From positions 3,667,106 to 3,731,105 of the forward strand of contig CAVNZM010000003.1 in NCBI GenBank assembly GCA_963693365.1: a DNA stretch of 64,000 nt. Direction: 5' to 3'. The DNA is from Amoebidium appalachense. Its lineage: Eukaryota; Protista; Ichthyosporea. Under the pieces are notes generated by a model. That model had not been told where the DNA came from and did no database searches. It was given only the letters and a program-made list of their open reading frames with translations. The position numbers and the translations under genes were made by a program. Below, in pieces: positions 38,610-51,182 of the stretch (the first letter of the stretch is position 1; every line of letters begins with the position of its first letter).

Positions 38610-38815
38610 TGTGTGTGTTGGGGGGGGAGATTAACCTCAATCGCGAGAAATGTGATATGATGTGCATGTGTGTGTCGTTAAGTCCGCAGTTGGATAGGGA
38701 CAGACTGGTGATGTGGTTGGATAGGAGCTGCAGACGTATAAGGCCTGGGGGTGTCACATCCTCAGGAACGCGTTGAAGCGTGGATGATACCTGGAATGAT
38801 ATAGAATGGAACGTG

Positions 38816-38888
<73 letters not shown>

Positions 38889-39207
38889 TAGATAGGATGC
38901 ATGCGCTTGGAGTGCATGCAAAGTGCTTGTGGATACAGACAGGTATGCAGGTGTCCGAATAGGTGAAGGCATCTCTGGGGCCCCGGAGATGGGGGGGAGG
39001 GGGAGGAAGGGGGGGGGGGGGAGGGGAGAAGTGGGGTGGGTGGGTTGGGGTGTGGACGGGGGGGGGGGGGGGGGGGGGGGAGGATGAAAGCAAGCAGGGT
39101 TCATTCAAGAAATAGAGCAACCCCTGGCACATGTGCGATGACTATGTCTGTCACTCCTTGTGCGTCTCTCTCACCAGCACCACTTCCTTGTGTTTGTGTG
39201 TGTGTGT

Positions 39208-39257
<50 letters not shown>

Positions 39258-39358
39258 ATGGCTAGGCCAGGGAGGAAGGATAAGTAAGGTAGATGGCATG
39301 GAGGGAGGGAGAGGGAGCTGGGAGGGGCGAAGGGAGAGAAGGGGGAGAGAGAGAGAGG

Positions 39359-39392
<34 letters not shown>

Positions 39393-39416
39393 GCGAGAGA
39401 GAGAGAGAGAGGGGAG

Positions 39417-39452
<36 letters not shown>

Positions 39453-39730
39453 GTGTGTGGTGCTTGTGTGTTTGTGTCACGTGGGAAGAGGAGAGGGGGA
39501 AGAGGGGGAAGGGGTAGGGGGGGTATTGTAGAAACACATACATGAAAACCCTCCGGGGGGAGCCAAGCACGTGTGTCCCAACGGGTCAGGTCCTCATTTG
39601 CTATTTTTAGACACACCCTCCTCTTGCCGTATGTGGCAAGTAGGGGGGTGAGGAGGGTCGGGTGAAGGTCCGTGCGGGGCCGGAGGTGTGGATCTTGAGG
39701 CCGTTGTACGTCCTGGGTGTGTGTGTGGGT

Positions 39731-39761
<31 letters not shown>

Positions 39762-40589
39762 GGGGGGGGAGGGGGGGGGGGGGAGGAGGGGGTGCGGGGG
39801 GGGGGGGGGGGGGGGGGGAAGGGGTGGGTAGTGTGTGTGTGTGTGAGTGTGTGTATGTGTGTGTGTGTACACGAGCATGTGTGTATGTGGGTATGCGTGC
39901 ACACCCCCTGCACATGGGGGGGGGGGGGGGAGGGGGCAGAAAGGGGGGGGGGGGGGGGAGAGGGGGAGGAGCGGGGGGAAGGAAGTAAGGGGGTGTACGT
40001 GAGTGTGAGTGTGTGTGCGCGTCTGTGTATGTGCGCGCGTGCGTGCGCGCGTGTGTCCATGGGTGTGTGTGTGGGGGGGTAGGCCTACATACCCCACCGT
40101 ACGTGTGTGTGTGTGGGGGGGGGGGGGGGGGGGGGGGGGGGGTTGGCGGTAAGTGCAAACACTTTTTCTGAACTTTCAATCACTTTCCGTCCTGGTTTTT
40201 TGTTTATAATGGGTGCAAACCTGCTGTTCATCAAACGGGGAAAAGTGAGAAATGATGGTGGGATGGGGTTGGTGCACGCAAACATCTATGTCTATTGGGT
40301 TGAATAGGGTGAGAAAGTGGTGGTGGGGGGGGGGGGGGGGGGGGGTGGGGGGGAGGGAGGGGGGCGGGATGGGGAGGGAGGGAGGGGGGGGGGGGGGGGG
40401 GGGAACAGAAAGGGGGCACATGCATCACATAGCTTGAACATAGAGTAACAACGAGACATACCACTGAGTATATTTCGATTAGCGATCTATGATCTTGATG
40501 GCGAGAAATTCAGGGAAATCCCCTAGGTTTGTGGCCGTATGGAGGCTGGCAAGAAGCTGGTCGTAGCACAGGTCCAGCAGGCGCGTGTC

Positions 40590-40632
<43 letters not shown>

Positions 40633-40693
40633 TGTGTGTGTGTGCGTGTGTGTGTGTGCGTGAACCAGCGAGTGAGTGAGTGAGTGAGCGAGC

Positions 40694-40735
<42 letters not shown>

Positions 40736-41616
40736 TGGGGGGGGGGGGGGGGGGGGGGGGGGGGGAGGGAGAAGAGCATATGTGTGTATGAGTGTTTGAG
40801 CTTTTAGGTGTGGCTGGGTTTAAATCGGTAGGTGTTTGTGTGTGTGTGGTATGTGAGTGTCACATGACAGTTTGTGAGAGTTTTGTGTCTCGATGGTGTG
40901 TGTGTGTGTTTGGGAACGGGGTTTATGTGGCTTGTGTGGGGGCATGGGAGGGAGGGCGGGGGAGGGGGGGGGGGGGGTGTAAGCGTCCGAATGCTCGTGC
41001 CAAAAACATAAAAAAAGAAAACAATGCTATCTAATGACAATAATTAGAAATTGGCCGCCTGCCATTTGAAAGAAAATCAAAGAAAAATCCCGACATAGTT
41101 ATGAAAAAACACATGGGTAAACGTCCACTTACCTAAAGCCCGTAGACCCCCTTGCATGCCTCTTCACCAGCCACCTCTTTTTAAGCTCAAACTGTCGCCT
41201 TTCCGCATGCTTTAACACATTTTTCGTGTCGACATATGCGGCGCTGGAATGCAGAACAGAATAAACGGGCTCCCCCCCTGGACCCTCATCCATTTCTGGA
41301 AGTTGGGAGAGGATCACACGGCCGTAGTTCACCACTAGCCCCGAGGGGGTGGGGGGGGGGGAGGGGGGGAGGAGGGATAGTGAGGGGAGTGAGGGGGGGG
41401 GGGGGGGGTAGGGAGAGGGGGTAGAGGGGGGGGGGGGGGGGGGGGGGAGGGGGTGTGTGATCGAGTTTCTAACAAAAATCATGGTGTTTACATACTGTAA
41501 GCAAGCTGTCACTGCGTCCCGGGGGGGGGGGGGGGGGGGGGGGGGAAGGTGAAGGGAGGAGGGGGGTGGGGTGGGGTGGGGAGAGGGAGCATATGTTGTT
41601 CTGCTTTGTGTGCCTG

Positions 41617-41650
<34 letters not shown>

Positions 41651-41858
41651 GAATGCGTCAAAAAGTACGAAGTACACAAGAACAAACGGATAACACGATG
41701 CAGAATGCAAGCCATACATAAAGAGTATGCATAATAAGCAGAGCCCATCCTCAGGGGGGGCCCACGTCATCCACAGTACCCGAGTTTCGACCTATTCCCC
41801 TCGTTAACGAAACCCAACTCAGATACTGTTTCACTTGAACATGAGTAGGTCACCCGTC

Positions 41859-41892
<34 letters not shown>

Positions 41893-42153
41893 CTTCGTGT
41901 GCGTGTGTGTGTGTGTGGGGGGGGGGGAGGGCAGTTGGTGCGAACACTTCTTGAACTCTCTCACTCTCACTCTCACTCACTCTCTCTCTTTTCTCCCTCT
42001 CTCTCTCCCCCCCCACACACACACACACACCTCTCTCTCTTTTCCTGCCCCGCCCCCCCCCCCCCCCCCCCCTCCTTCTCTTCTTCCCGTCTTTTATTTG
42101 TGTGCGTGTGTTTCATTTTTAATTTTATTTTTATTTTTATATCTATATATATA

Positions 42154-42186
<33 letters not shown>

Positions 42187-42913
42187 AGAACGGAGAGGCG
42201 GAGAATCGGGCAGGTAGGATAGGGATGGAAAAGGTAGGCAAGGGGACAGGGGGTGGGAGGAGGAGAAAGAGGGGTGATAGCGGCGGGAGGGATGAGGAAG
42301 GAAGAAGAGGGTGCTTTTTTTTTGGGGGGGGGGGGGGGGGGGGGGGGGGGGAGGGGGTTGAAGATTACCGGCAGGAAAAGGTGGTGTAAGGTAAGAGGGT
42401 GTGCAGAGCAGGCGCGAAGGGAGAAGGAGTGGGGAGGGGGGGGAAGGGGGGGGGGGGGGGGGGGGGAGGGGGGAGGGGGAAGGTAAGCTGGTGGAACAGG
42501 GGAGGACCAGGACAGGGCTGGGAGGAGGGATGCTAATGGTGGTAGTGTATGTGGCCAGAGGGCTGTTGGAGGGGGGGGGAAAGGGGGGGGGGGGGGGGAG
42601 GGGGGAGGGGGGGGGGGGTTGGAGGGGCTTTGGGTGGAGGGGGAAGCATAAGGGAAACAGTTGTGGCTAGGAATGTAGGTAGACGAGCACGGAGAGGGTG
42701 CTTACGTGATGTTTGTGAGTTCCGTCGCGGAATGGCTGGGTTAGCCGTATCATTCTCTCCGCTCGGACGAGCAGGAAGAAGACCGAACCGTGGACCGCAC
42801 AGACTCTCTCCCCCCAACCCGGTCCAACGTCGTTTTGTTCTGATGTTTTGAGGGAGAGCCTGTGATTGCGGGGGCCCGCGCCGCTGCCCCGCGGCCGCCA
42901 CACAGACGCTCAT
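33460..42913 (-). CDS. Multi-exon leucine-rich-repeat protein with an N-terminal BC-box-like motif (LRRC42/Rad7/ZER1-like); exon model approximate
   Basis: Spliceable coding islands at about 42706-42913, 41133-41335, 40462-40590 (LLDLCYDQLLASLHTATNLGDFPEFLAIKIIDR), 39541-39712, 38635-38790 (HITSLSLSNCGLNDTHM), 37872-37981 (RYLDLSHNAIN), 36875-37061 (GLDISHTNIS), 35923-36214, 34872-35188 and 33460-33610 (ends PMPFK*). Not all exon phases could be joined, and there is one apparent in-frame TAA near 40480. Confidence 0.65.
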
Positions 42914-43209
42914 GTGGGCGCCGCACGTGACACGCCGTCTCAATGATGCATCGTCCGGATAGTAGTTTACTGGTTTCTAGCTAAACGGGTAAAAAAAATA
43001 GAAAAAAAATAACACACGCATATCGATCTTACGGTATGCCACATTGCACATCAAATACTTGGGGCACCGGTATAGACCAACTTAGATTTACTAATTAAGA
43101 ATCTCAATGTGTTTGCTTCGCTCTAGGGAGATCCAGCCAGCCGAACTGGCGAAATGAAGGGCTGAGCGATCGGCAGTCATATACCAAATCCAGCTTATGT
43201 ATAATGCTT

Positions 43210-43450
43210 AAAATCAATAATTTGAATAGAAATGTGGTTTTCAAGCGGGAGGAGGCAGCGGTGAGAGACGAAGATCCACCGAGTGGCATTGCGATGAGGT
43301 GATTGGTTATTTGTCATGCATTAGTTGTGTTAAATTGCTGGATTCTTTGCCTCGAGTAAACAGCGTAAACCCCGTTTCCATATATAGTTAGTGTGGTTTG
43401 GTTTGATTGCATGTTCTGATTTGGTCAGATTTTAAAAGCATTTGATTGGT
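43210..43450 (-). promoter_or_regulatory. Probable promoter of the LRR gene (CCAAT boxes, E2F-like and CHR-like motifs)
   Basis: GATTGG at about 43302 and 43444 plus ATTTGG near 43419; GCGGGAG near 43245; TTTGAA at 43221. Lies 300-500 bp upstream of the first exon. Confidence 0.4.
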
Positions 43451-44953
43451 TTCTTCAGTCTGGCTTCAAATTCCAAATGCATTGTGGGAACGGGTATAAA
43501 AAGGAGTACATGTCGTTTGTATTTCAGTCTTTGGTTTTCGTTTTAGCGTTTGTGTCATCAGATAAAAGGGATTTGTTGAGTTAGTTGGTTGAACGAAGTT
43601 TGGTGGTGCTAGTGTAAAAGCGCACAAACTAGTTGCCTTAGCTAGCTGTCCTTTTTCCTGTTGATTTCTGCAATTGTCACACGAATTCTGGCAACTCAAC
43701 ATTAACCAGCTCGTTCTCCTCGTTTTCAAGGTTCCTTTTTTCGCTCTAGATATTAATACGACTTTTACATTTGTCTTTTCCCTTCAGCATGCTGATTAGC
43801 TCGCTAGCGCTGAGGAGTCTCGTAGAGTGAAAAACTACGTAAATTTTGTCTGTCTCTCTGCCTATACAGTCGTCAGTGAAATTTCTGAACTCCAAGCATT
43901 ACAAATACGTGCTCTGCTTTCCTTGACATGGGCAAGTGAGCCCTCTCTTCTTCCCAGCAGAACCCTCTTATATACGACATTGTGAGGCAATGCACGCTCT
44001 CTACTAGGTAGCCGAGCTCGGTGTAAACACACGGCCTCCCCCTGTGGGGAGGTGCGGGGGTCGTCACGGTGGTGCTCGTGTGTGTGGGTGGACCGCTCGA
44101 TGGCAACAAGGATGCCTAGCCTAAGGCCCAGCTTCCACGGATTCGTACCCCCCTCAGGCTGCGCCTCCCGCAGCTGCCCAGCTGAGGCAGGGGGAGGCCA
44201 CGGTCCACAGCCTTCGTTCCCGAACACAGCTGCCACGGAACCAGCTGAGTTTGGTACTTTCCCACACGTGTCTCAAGATATGTTACTCCTCCCTTTATTT
44301 CCTGTTCCGCTGTTGGGTCTCGGTTGTAGTTTCAAGTCTCCAACTGAAGACGTAGATGTAGGTTTATTAAGAAGTGGATTTTATTTCAGATGGCAAACAG
44401 AGCTATAGTATCAATCAATGCTTTGCCTAGCGTTAGGCTCTGCTAGGGATGATGTTCGGCAACATATGCACACGCCTCTACCCGGCAGCACACACACACA
44501 TTTCCACCACAGCTCCTCTCTTTTCCACGCACTTTTTTCCAACACCTCCTCCTAAACCCACACACTTTTCCCATGCACCCACGCCAACACAAGAAAAACC
44601 TATGTTTCACATTCAATTTTCTTCTTGCTCAGATATGCGCCGCAGGATCAGCAATGTCCCCTTAGGCTAGCGGCCGTTTCTGATTCTTTTCCATACTTTA
44701 ACCATACTAAAGCTTTCACCCCCATAGTTGCTGAACGAATGGCCCTTCCCCCTCCGGGATTTGGTGCCACTGTCCCTCTCCTTTCGGTCCTTCCCCCTGA
44801 CCTGAGGGTGTTTCTGGAGACGCCCGATGCATTGGTGGTGTCAGAGTCGAGTGAGGGTCACGGTGAGAGTGGGTCTGAGCCCACTGCGACCGAGGAGTCG
44901 CCCGTGCACGGAGCTTGCGGGATGGAGCAGAGGGCGACTGAGAGCACCACTGA

Positions 44954-45570
44954 TTTTTTTATTTTTTTTATTTTTTTTTAAATTTTATTTTATCCCGTTT
45001 CACTCCCGGCGAGGCCAGGGAGCTTACCGTCTTCCGCCTAGACACAGATCGTACTGTATAGCACACTCATAAGTCAGGATTCTAATTGACCCCAGCTGGC
45101 ACTATTTTTAGTTACGCCTTAAAATATCCCACGGTTCTAGCCGCAGCAACGCTAGTGGGGAAGTGAGCACAGCTCACTTTAACAACACCAGCCGGGAGCG
45201 ACCCGGGACACATACACAAACACAAAGACTTGAAGGGGAAGACCCCCGGGCCATGCCCAGGACACTGACCCGAACCGTGGCCGGTGACTCGGATTGGTCT
45301 CCCACTTGAACGTTGGGCTGGGATGCCCAAGCGGCGCGCCATCGACGTCAGAGGGCTGGTGCTGTTCATGACGTCATGTCTTGCGGCCGGATGATAACAA
45401 ATTGGTGGCGCTGCTTGACGTGGTCTGGGGTGATGGCTTCTAGGGGGCGGCCAGACCCGTGGACCGTCGAGGCAGAAAAATCGGAAGTAACCAGGATCGA
45501 TCCTGCGACTTCAAAGTTTGAGCTTGACACGCAGAGATCTTACCATCATGATTGCACCAACCCGCCCCCC
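44954..45570 (-). mobile_element. tRNA-derived SINE (copy 2), inserted in the DIRS-like pol region
   Basis: Collinear homology with 31689-32470 (A box, B box GGATCGATCC, same body, A-rich tail); no long TSD visible. Confidence 0.85.
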
Positions 45571-46724
45571 TGAGGGTGCAGAGGAATCCCACCCAACTCT
45601 CGGGCGTCCTGTCTTTGCCTTCTCGTCACCAGATGAGTGGCCCCTATTAGCCAAGCGAATATTTGATTGTGGCATGATAGCTTTTTCGGAATCCGATGAG
45701 CACCCGAAAGTCATAAATGGTTTGTTTGCAGTTGAAAAAGATGAGAAAGAAGATCGTCTTATTATGGATGCCCGTCCTATGAATGCAGTAACTGTTATGC
45801 CAGTGGTTCAAGTTGATCCCCCCAATCCCCTTTTTCCCAGCCCGTCGGATTTGTGTAACATCATCATCCCTAAAAATTCCGTCCTGGTTGTAGCCAAGTA
45901 TGATTTTTCAAATTACTACATCGGTTTCGGGTTCCAGAGTGGTTGTCGTGGTATCAAGGCCTCCCCCCGGTCTCCTCCAAGGCGGCGCCGGGGTTGCCTG
46001 GCTTGGATCGGTTGGTGTTCCCACGCGTTTTGTCGATGCCGATGGGGTGGAAATGGGCCCCGTTTCTTGCCCAGAGGTCTCAAGATTTCATGATCCACTG
46101 GCCCTCCTCTTCGGGCCGACAGATGCATCCAATCAAATTTTCCGCCGGCACATTCCATGAGCAACCAATCGGATTCCGTTCATTCGATCTAGTAGTACGT
46201 TGATGATTGGGTGGGGATAGGGTTCAAAGGATCTAGGGTGAATTCGGAGATGACAGCAGCGGCCCGGGCTAGCAGGCGAGGAAAACGGATTCGAAATCAA
46301 GCCGTCAAAGACGGTGCGAGCAGCCCGAACTACACCCGAAACGGTGGCACTCGGTCTCGCCATTGGGTCCGATGGTAAAATTCGACCCGACTCTTCTAAG
46401 CTAGCCAGGCTTCTGGCTGACACTGAAGTCGTTTTACGCCAGTGCAAGCAGTGTCTCCACGAAATTTATCCCGGTTGTTGGGGGGCTGGGCTTAGTTGTT
46501 ACTTTTGAATAGGTGCCTTTTCTCGAGTTTGGAATCTTGCTACGAGTTTGTTATCTCCAATACCACCACGCCACTGACAGATCTCACTATTCCCCTCGCA
46601 GTTAAGGTCGAATTGTCTATGTTGATTGCATTATCTCCCTTGGTGGTGTGTGATCTGTCGGCTCAGCCAGCCTCCGTAGTGCTGGCCTCGGATGCGTCCA
46701 TGACTGCCGGCGCAGGGGTGTCAG

Positions 46725-47448
46725 TGTCGTATCCTAACGTGTATGTATTAAGAGACGCGGCACTCTACTAAGTGTACACACACGGAAAGGAACGAACGTA
46801 TACGAAAAACAGTAAAGTTTATTATAGACCAGGCTCCGACGGGCAAACTGAGATCCGAACGGAATCCAGCTAAGTCACAACTGCGGCCATCAAGGCCGTG
46901 CCCTACAAGATCATCATCACCTGGCCCCCTACGGTGCCACATTCCATACATTCCGATCTAACTCTATCGTGCGCCTGCACGATCGCGAGCTAAGTCGATC
47001 GGCTCACACAAATATAAATATCTAAGTCTCACCCCTCTCCCTTCCCCTAGTGGCACCGCAGAGTCTAAATCTACATTTCATACTATCTCCGAGTCCCCTC
47101 CCCCCCCTCCCCCATGGCCCCCCCCTTCCTCTACATCGAAATATATAAATACATTTGGCAGCATACACTATCAAACTTGCCAATATTTACAAAGGGCTTC
47201 TGCCCGAACTTATCACATTCCAAAGTCCTCCTATGATCTATCCTACACACTAATTAGAATTCTATTGGTTGGCTGCTCCGGCTGACGGGGTCCTGCCCTG
47301 CGCCGGCAGAGGCAAGATGCTCGCAGCTGTACAGCTATCTTGAGGCCCCGGACTTGATCTTGATGATCTGTGGACCCGGGCCACCCCCCCCCCCCTGATC
47401 TCGATCGTAGACTTAGGCTGATCTGCTGAGACGGATTAGTATATGTCA
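46725..47448 (-). mobile_element. Solo LTR of the gypsy family found at 50279-58684
   Basis: TGTCGTAT...ATATGTCA ends, 5-bp TSD GTCAG (46720-46724 and 47449-47453), diverged but collinear with the LTRs at 50279 and 57956. It interrupts the RNase H of the DIRS-like element. Confidence 0.93.
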
Positions 47449-48074
47449 GTCAGTTCAAGTTGCCAACGTCACGGTCAGCAATCGTTATTGGCGCTGTCCC
47501 AGTCCGTCTCGAAACCTGGGTATTCCTTTCTTTCCCTGGACGGGCACGACACGAAGACCGGGGCGGACAGCGACCCTCGTTATATGCCGTCATCGGTCGA
47601 GCGCAGCGATGTTTAGGTTGCAAATGAAATTAAAGAGCCCACCTCCGTTCCCCAGTTACTCAAGCCGGAGCCCCCCGCATGCGCCACTAGCTTGTTGAAT
47701 ATGGTGGATGGCTTGCAGTGGCACCATCCCATTTCCGCACGGTGGCAGCACACAGATCACATCGCCATTTTAGAGGGACACGCGTTGCTTTTGTCACTTC
47801 GTCGTTTTGTACGAGCTCCACGTAGTCATCACACACGGGTCGCACATCTGATTGACAACACAGCGTTGGTGTATGCTGTGGCGAACTTGGGGAGATCAAG
47901 CTCTCGGCGCCTGAACCACCTCTGTAGAAGAGTGGCAGCTCTCCCTGTGCGCAGCAGCAGTGCGTCCATCCTGGGTGTGGGTGCCGTCAGCACTATGTTG
48001 AACCCCGGCGCGGATGAACCCTCACGCGCAATCGTTCCGAGTCCCAGGGTGGCACGGGTATTGAACATCGACAG

Positions 48075-49449
48075 CAGGGGGGGGGGATTACGAAGAAAAA
48101 AAATCGTCGTAATTACGATTAACGAAAGACCCCAATACGAACAAGGTTAGGGTGTCGTCGTAACAGCTTTCATATCAGATGTATAGCATTATAAACGCTT
48201 TAAGGCCCCCTAATATCTAACTGTACCTAATCTTTTCAATATTTCTGTTCAAGAACATATCTACAGCGCTTCTCACGAGCAATATCGAACCCTGACAAGT
48301 GTCCAGGGCTTGTAATTTTGCGATACTTAATTTGTGAAAACGTGTATTTTGAGTTTTGTGACTGGAGCCTCGGCGTTTTTAGCTGGGCTTGAGGCTGTTA
48401 CACTAAAATTTTATAAGTATTTGGGACGGAAGCAGAGACACTGTGGTGCAGTGTGAAAACACCACAGACACACAACAACAAAACACGGAACGATCGGAGC
48501 AGTGTACTACAAAACAGACATCAATGTTTAGACACGACTAACTATACTTGAGAAATAGCTAAGTCAAATCGGTATGTGATTTCCGACCAGTCGGAAATCA
48601 GATCCAGATCTAAAACAAACCAATCACTATGAACTGATTGTTTAAGGACAGATCTGGCAGGCAGGAACACACACGATAGGTCACAGCCACTACCTAGTAT
48701 CGAGGTGTTGAGACAACGAGGAACGAGGGAGCTGTCGTGCATATAGAGTCTAACCTATCAAGCACCGCAAAGACACAGGTACAACGGCATTAACCCTGTT
48801 GATTGGTCACAGCCCGGCAACACATGAAAACCGTTACTAAATTAAAGAGCTGTGATCACACTGTGTCAAACTAAGTGTAGCCTAAGTGTGTGGTCGTCCA
48901 ATCACTTGGCAACACATACTAAGCAACACGAATCCACTCAACATATATTAGTAAGAAAGAAAGATGATCATGCACAATGTAAGATAAAGGAGAAAAGGAA
49001 AAGAAAAGATAGAAGGAGAAAGAGAAAAGAGAAAAGAACACAGATCAACAAACACGATATTCATAGCACAGCTACAACTAAAGATATTCATGTACACACA
49101 AACATGTACACGTTTCTCCCTCACTGGGTAGACTCGTGCACCTATCATAAATCAGTTGCTGTAATCGATATCTAAACACACGAATATAGTCGACACAGCA
49201 CGATTATAAGTATTTAAACACACTGGAGATCGATGCCATAATTTACGTACAAGGAGCGCATCTTTTACATTAAGTAAATGAACAAAAACATAACACGAAC
49301 TGAGAAGATCTTACAATATGTAGATACGGCTACGTATTACAACACTTGCAGATCCCCAAGAACCTCCCCGTTACGATTAAGAAACTGTCCGTTACGATTG
49401 GCCAAAGGACAATACGGTTAATAAGCTGGCCAACCCCAGCCCAACCCTG
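48075..49449. mobile_element. Non-autonomous hAT-type DNA transposon (1375 bp)
   Basis: 8-bp TSD ATCGACAG (48067-48074 and 49450-49457), CAGGG...CCCTG ends, subterminal TTACGATT/AATACG repeats at both ends, AT-rich interior with no recognisable ORF. Confidence 0.85.
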
Positions 49450-49950
49450 ATCGACAGACAATCAGCTATCATCCGTCGTTATGATAGGGTGCTAGACCGA
49501 TTTGTTGGCTGGTGTAAGACTACCCGGGGTATCGACCGGTGCGAAAATGTCTGGGTTATTGATGAGCTTCTAAGCAGTTATGCTGCAGAGCTGTATCATG
49601 ATGATCCATGACCTTCACGGCTGTACGATGGGCTGGCCCACTGTCGAACGGTTTTGGCGGCCATTCACCACTTCTATCCAAGATACTATATGGATGCGTT
49701 TGTCAGAACCGAGGATGCACTCAGTGTGTGGGAATCAGAATTACTCCTGGACCAGTGCTAATTATTATCTTCCTACACATACTATGGCCAAGCCTGGGTG
49801 AGTACACTGTAGAGCTCAGAAACACAAAGGAATTCACAAAGCTTTAAGACTACATATCACAAAAGCAAGTTAGGTAGATTTGGATAGATGAAGGGGTATC
49901 CTTGGCCATTGCGCGTTAGGAACACTGTTCCCTTCTTTAGGGTAGGCACA

Positions 49951-50154
<204 letters not shown>

Positions 50155-51182
50155 CACTAACTCACTTAAACACCTCTATTCATTCCTTCCCCCTCCCCCC
50201 CCTCGAGCTCCGAGTCCCTCCCTCTTCCTTCACACACACACACACACACACTGTACGTGCACTTACATGCACGCACACTGTCGTATCCTAATGTATGTGT
50301 ACTAGAGACGCGGCACTCTACTAAGTGTACCCACACGAAAAGGAACGAACGTGTACAGAAAAACGGTAAAGTTTATTAAGACCAGGCTCCGACGGGCAAA
50401 CTTAGATCCGTACGGATTGAGTCTAAGTTACGACTGAGGCCATCAAGGCCGTGCCCTACAAGATCATCATCACCTGGCCCCCTACGATGCCACATTCCAT
50501 TAACATTCCGATCTACTTTTATCGTGCGCCTGCACGAGCTAAGTCGATCTACTCAACTAATATATTTATCCAAGTCTCACCCCTCACCCTCCCCCTAGTG
50601 GCACCGCAGAGTCTAAATCTACATTTCATACTATCCTCCCCCCCCCTCCCTCCCCCCCTTTCCTCTACATCTAAATATATAAATACGTTTGGCAACATAT
50701 ACTATCAAACCTTGCCAATCCTTACAAAAGGGCTTCTGCCCGAACAATGACATTCCTAAGTCCTCCTACGATCTATCCTACACACTAATTAGAATTCTAT
50801 TGGACGGCTGTCCCGGCTGACGTGGTCCAATGCCCTGCGCCGGCAGAGGCAAGATGCACGCAGCTGTACAGCTATCTTGAGGCCCCGGACTTGATCTTGA
50901 TGATCTGTGGACCCGGGCCACCCCCCCCCCCCCCCCCCCCCCCCCCCGATCTCGATCGTAGACTTAGGCTAATCTGCTGAGACGGATTAGTATATGTCAA
51001 CTCCCCCCCCGGCCCCCGGAAAAGCTGAGTCCCACCTCAGTCACATTACATCTAACACCCCCTAAAAAGACATAGACTAATCAGTCTCCTAAAAAAAATT
51101 AAATTAAATAAATTACGAAGAAAAATAATAAATTAATCTACACCATAAGCTTGATACCTACGGAGACACCTATGATAATAAA

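Larger units (their letters stand above)
44400..49800 (+). mobile_element. Decayed DIRS/VIPER-like tyrosine-recombinase retrotransposon (RT, RNase H, YR N-terminus) with three nested insertions; outer boundaries uncertain
   Basis: Frameshifted remnants: VAERMALP...LP (about 44730); GLFAVEKDEKEDRLIMDARPMN, KYDFSNYY, MPMGWKWAPFLAQ and YVDD (45720-46210); RNase H ASDAS (46685) and HIAILE...DN...GRSSS...ADEPSR (47755-48030). After removing the hAT insert, RRYDRVLDRFVGWC...IDELLSSYAAELY...VLAAIHH resembles the SAM-like N-terminus of a tyrosine recombinase (49460-49680). Confidence 0.78.

Noticed and set aside
43790-43860. Hammerhead ribozyme core (CTGAGGA...GAAA)
   Set aside because: Stem II is weak, and stems I and III with an NUH cleavage site cannot be formed.
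50451-50750. Duplicated 99-aa plus-strand ORF (also 58128-58427)
   Set aside because: It lies within the gypsy LTR on the antisense strand, starts at GTG, and is not preserved in the solo LTR.
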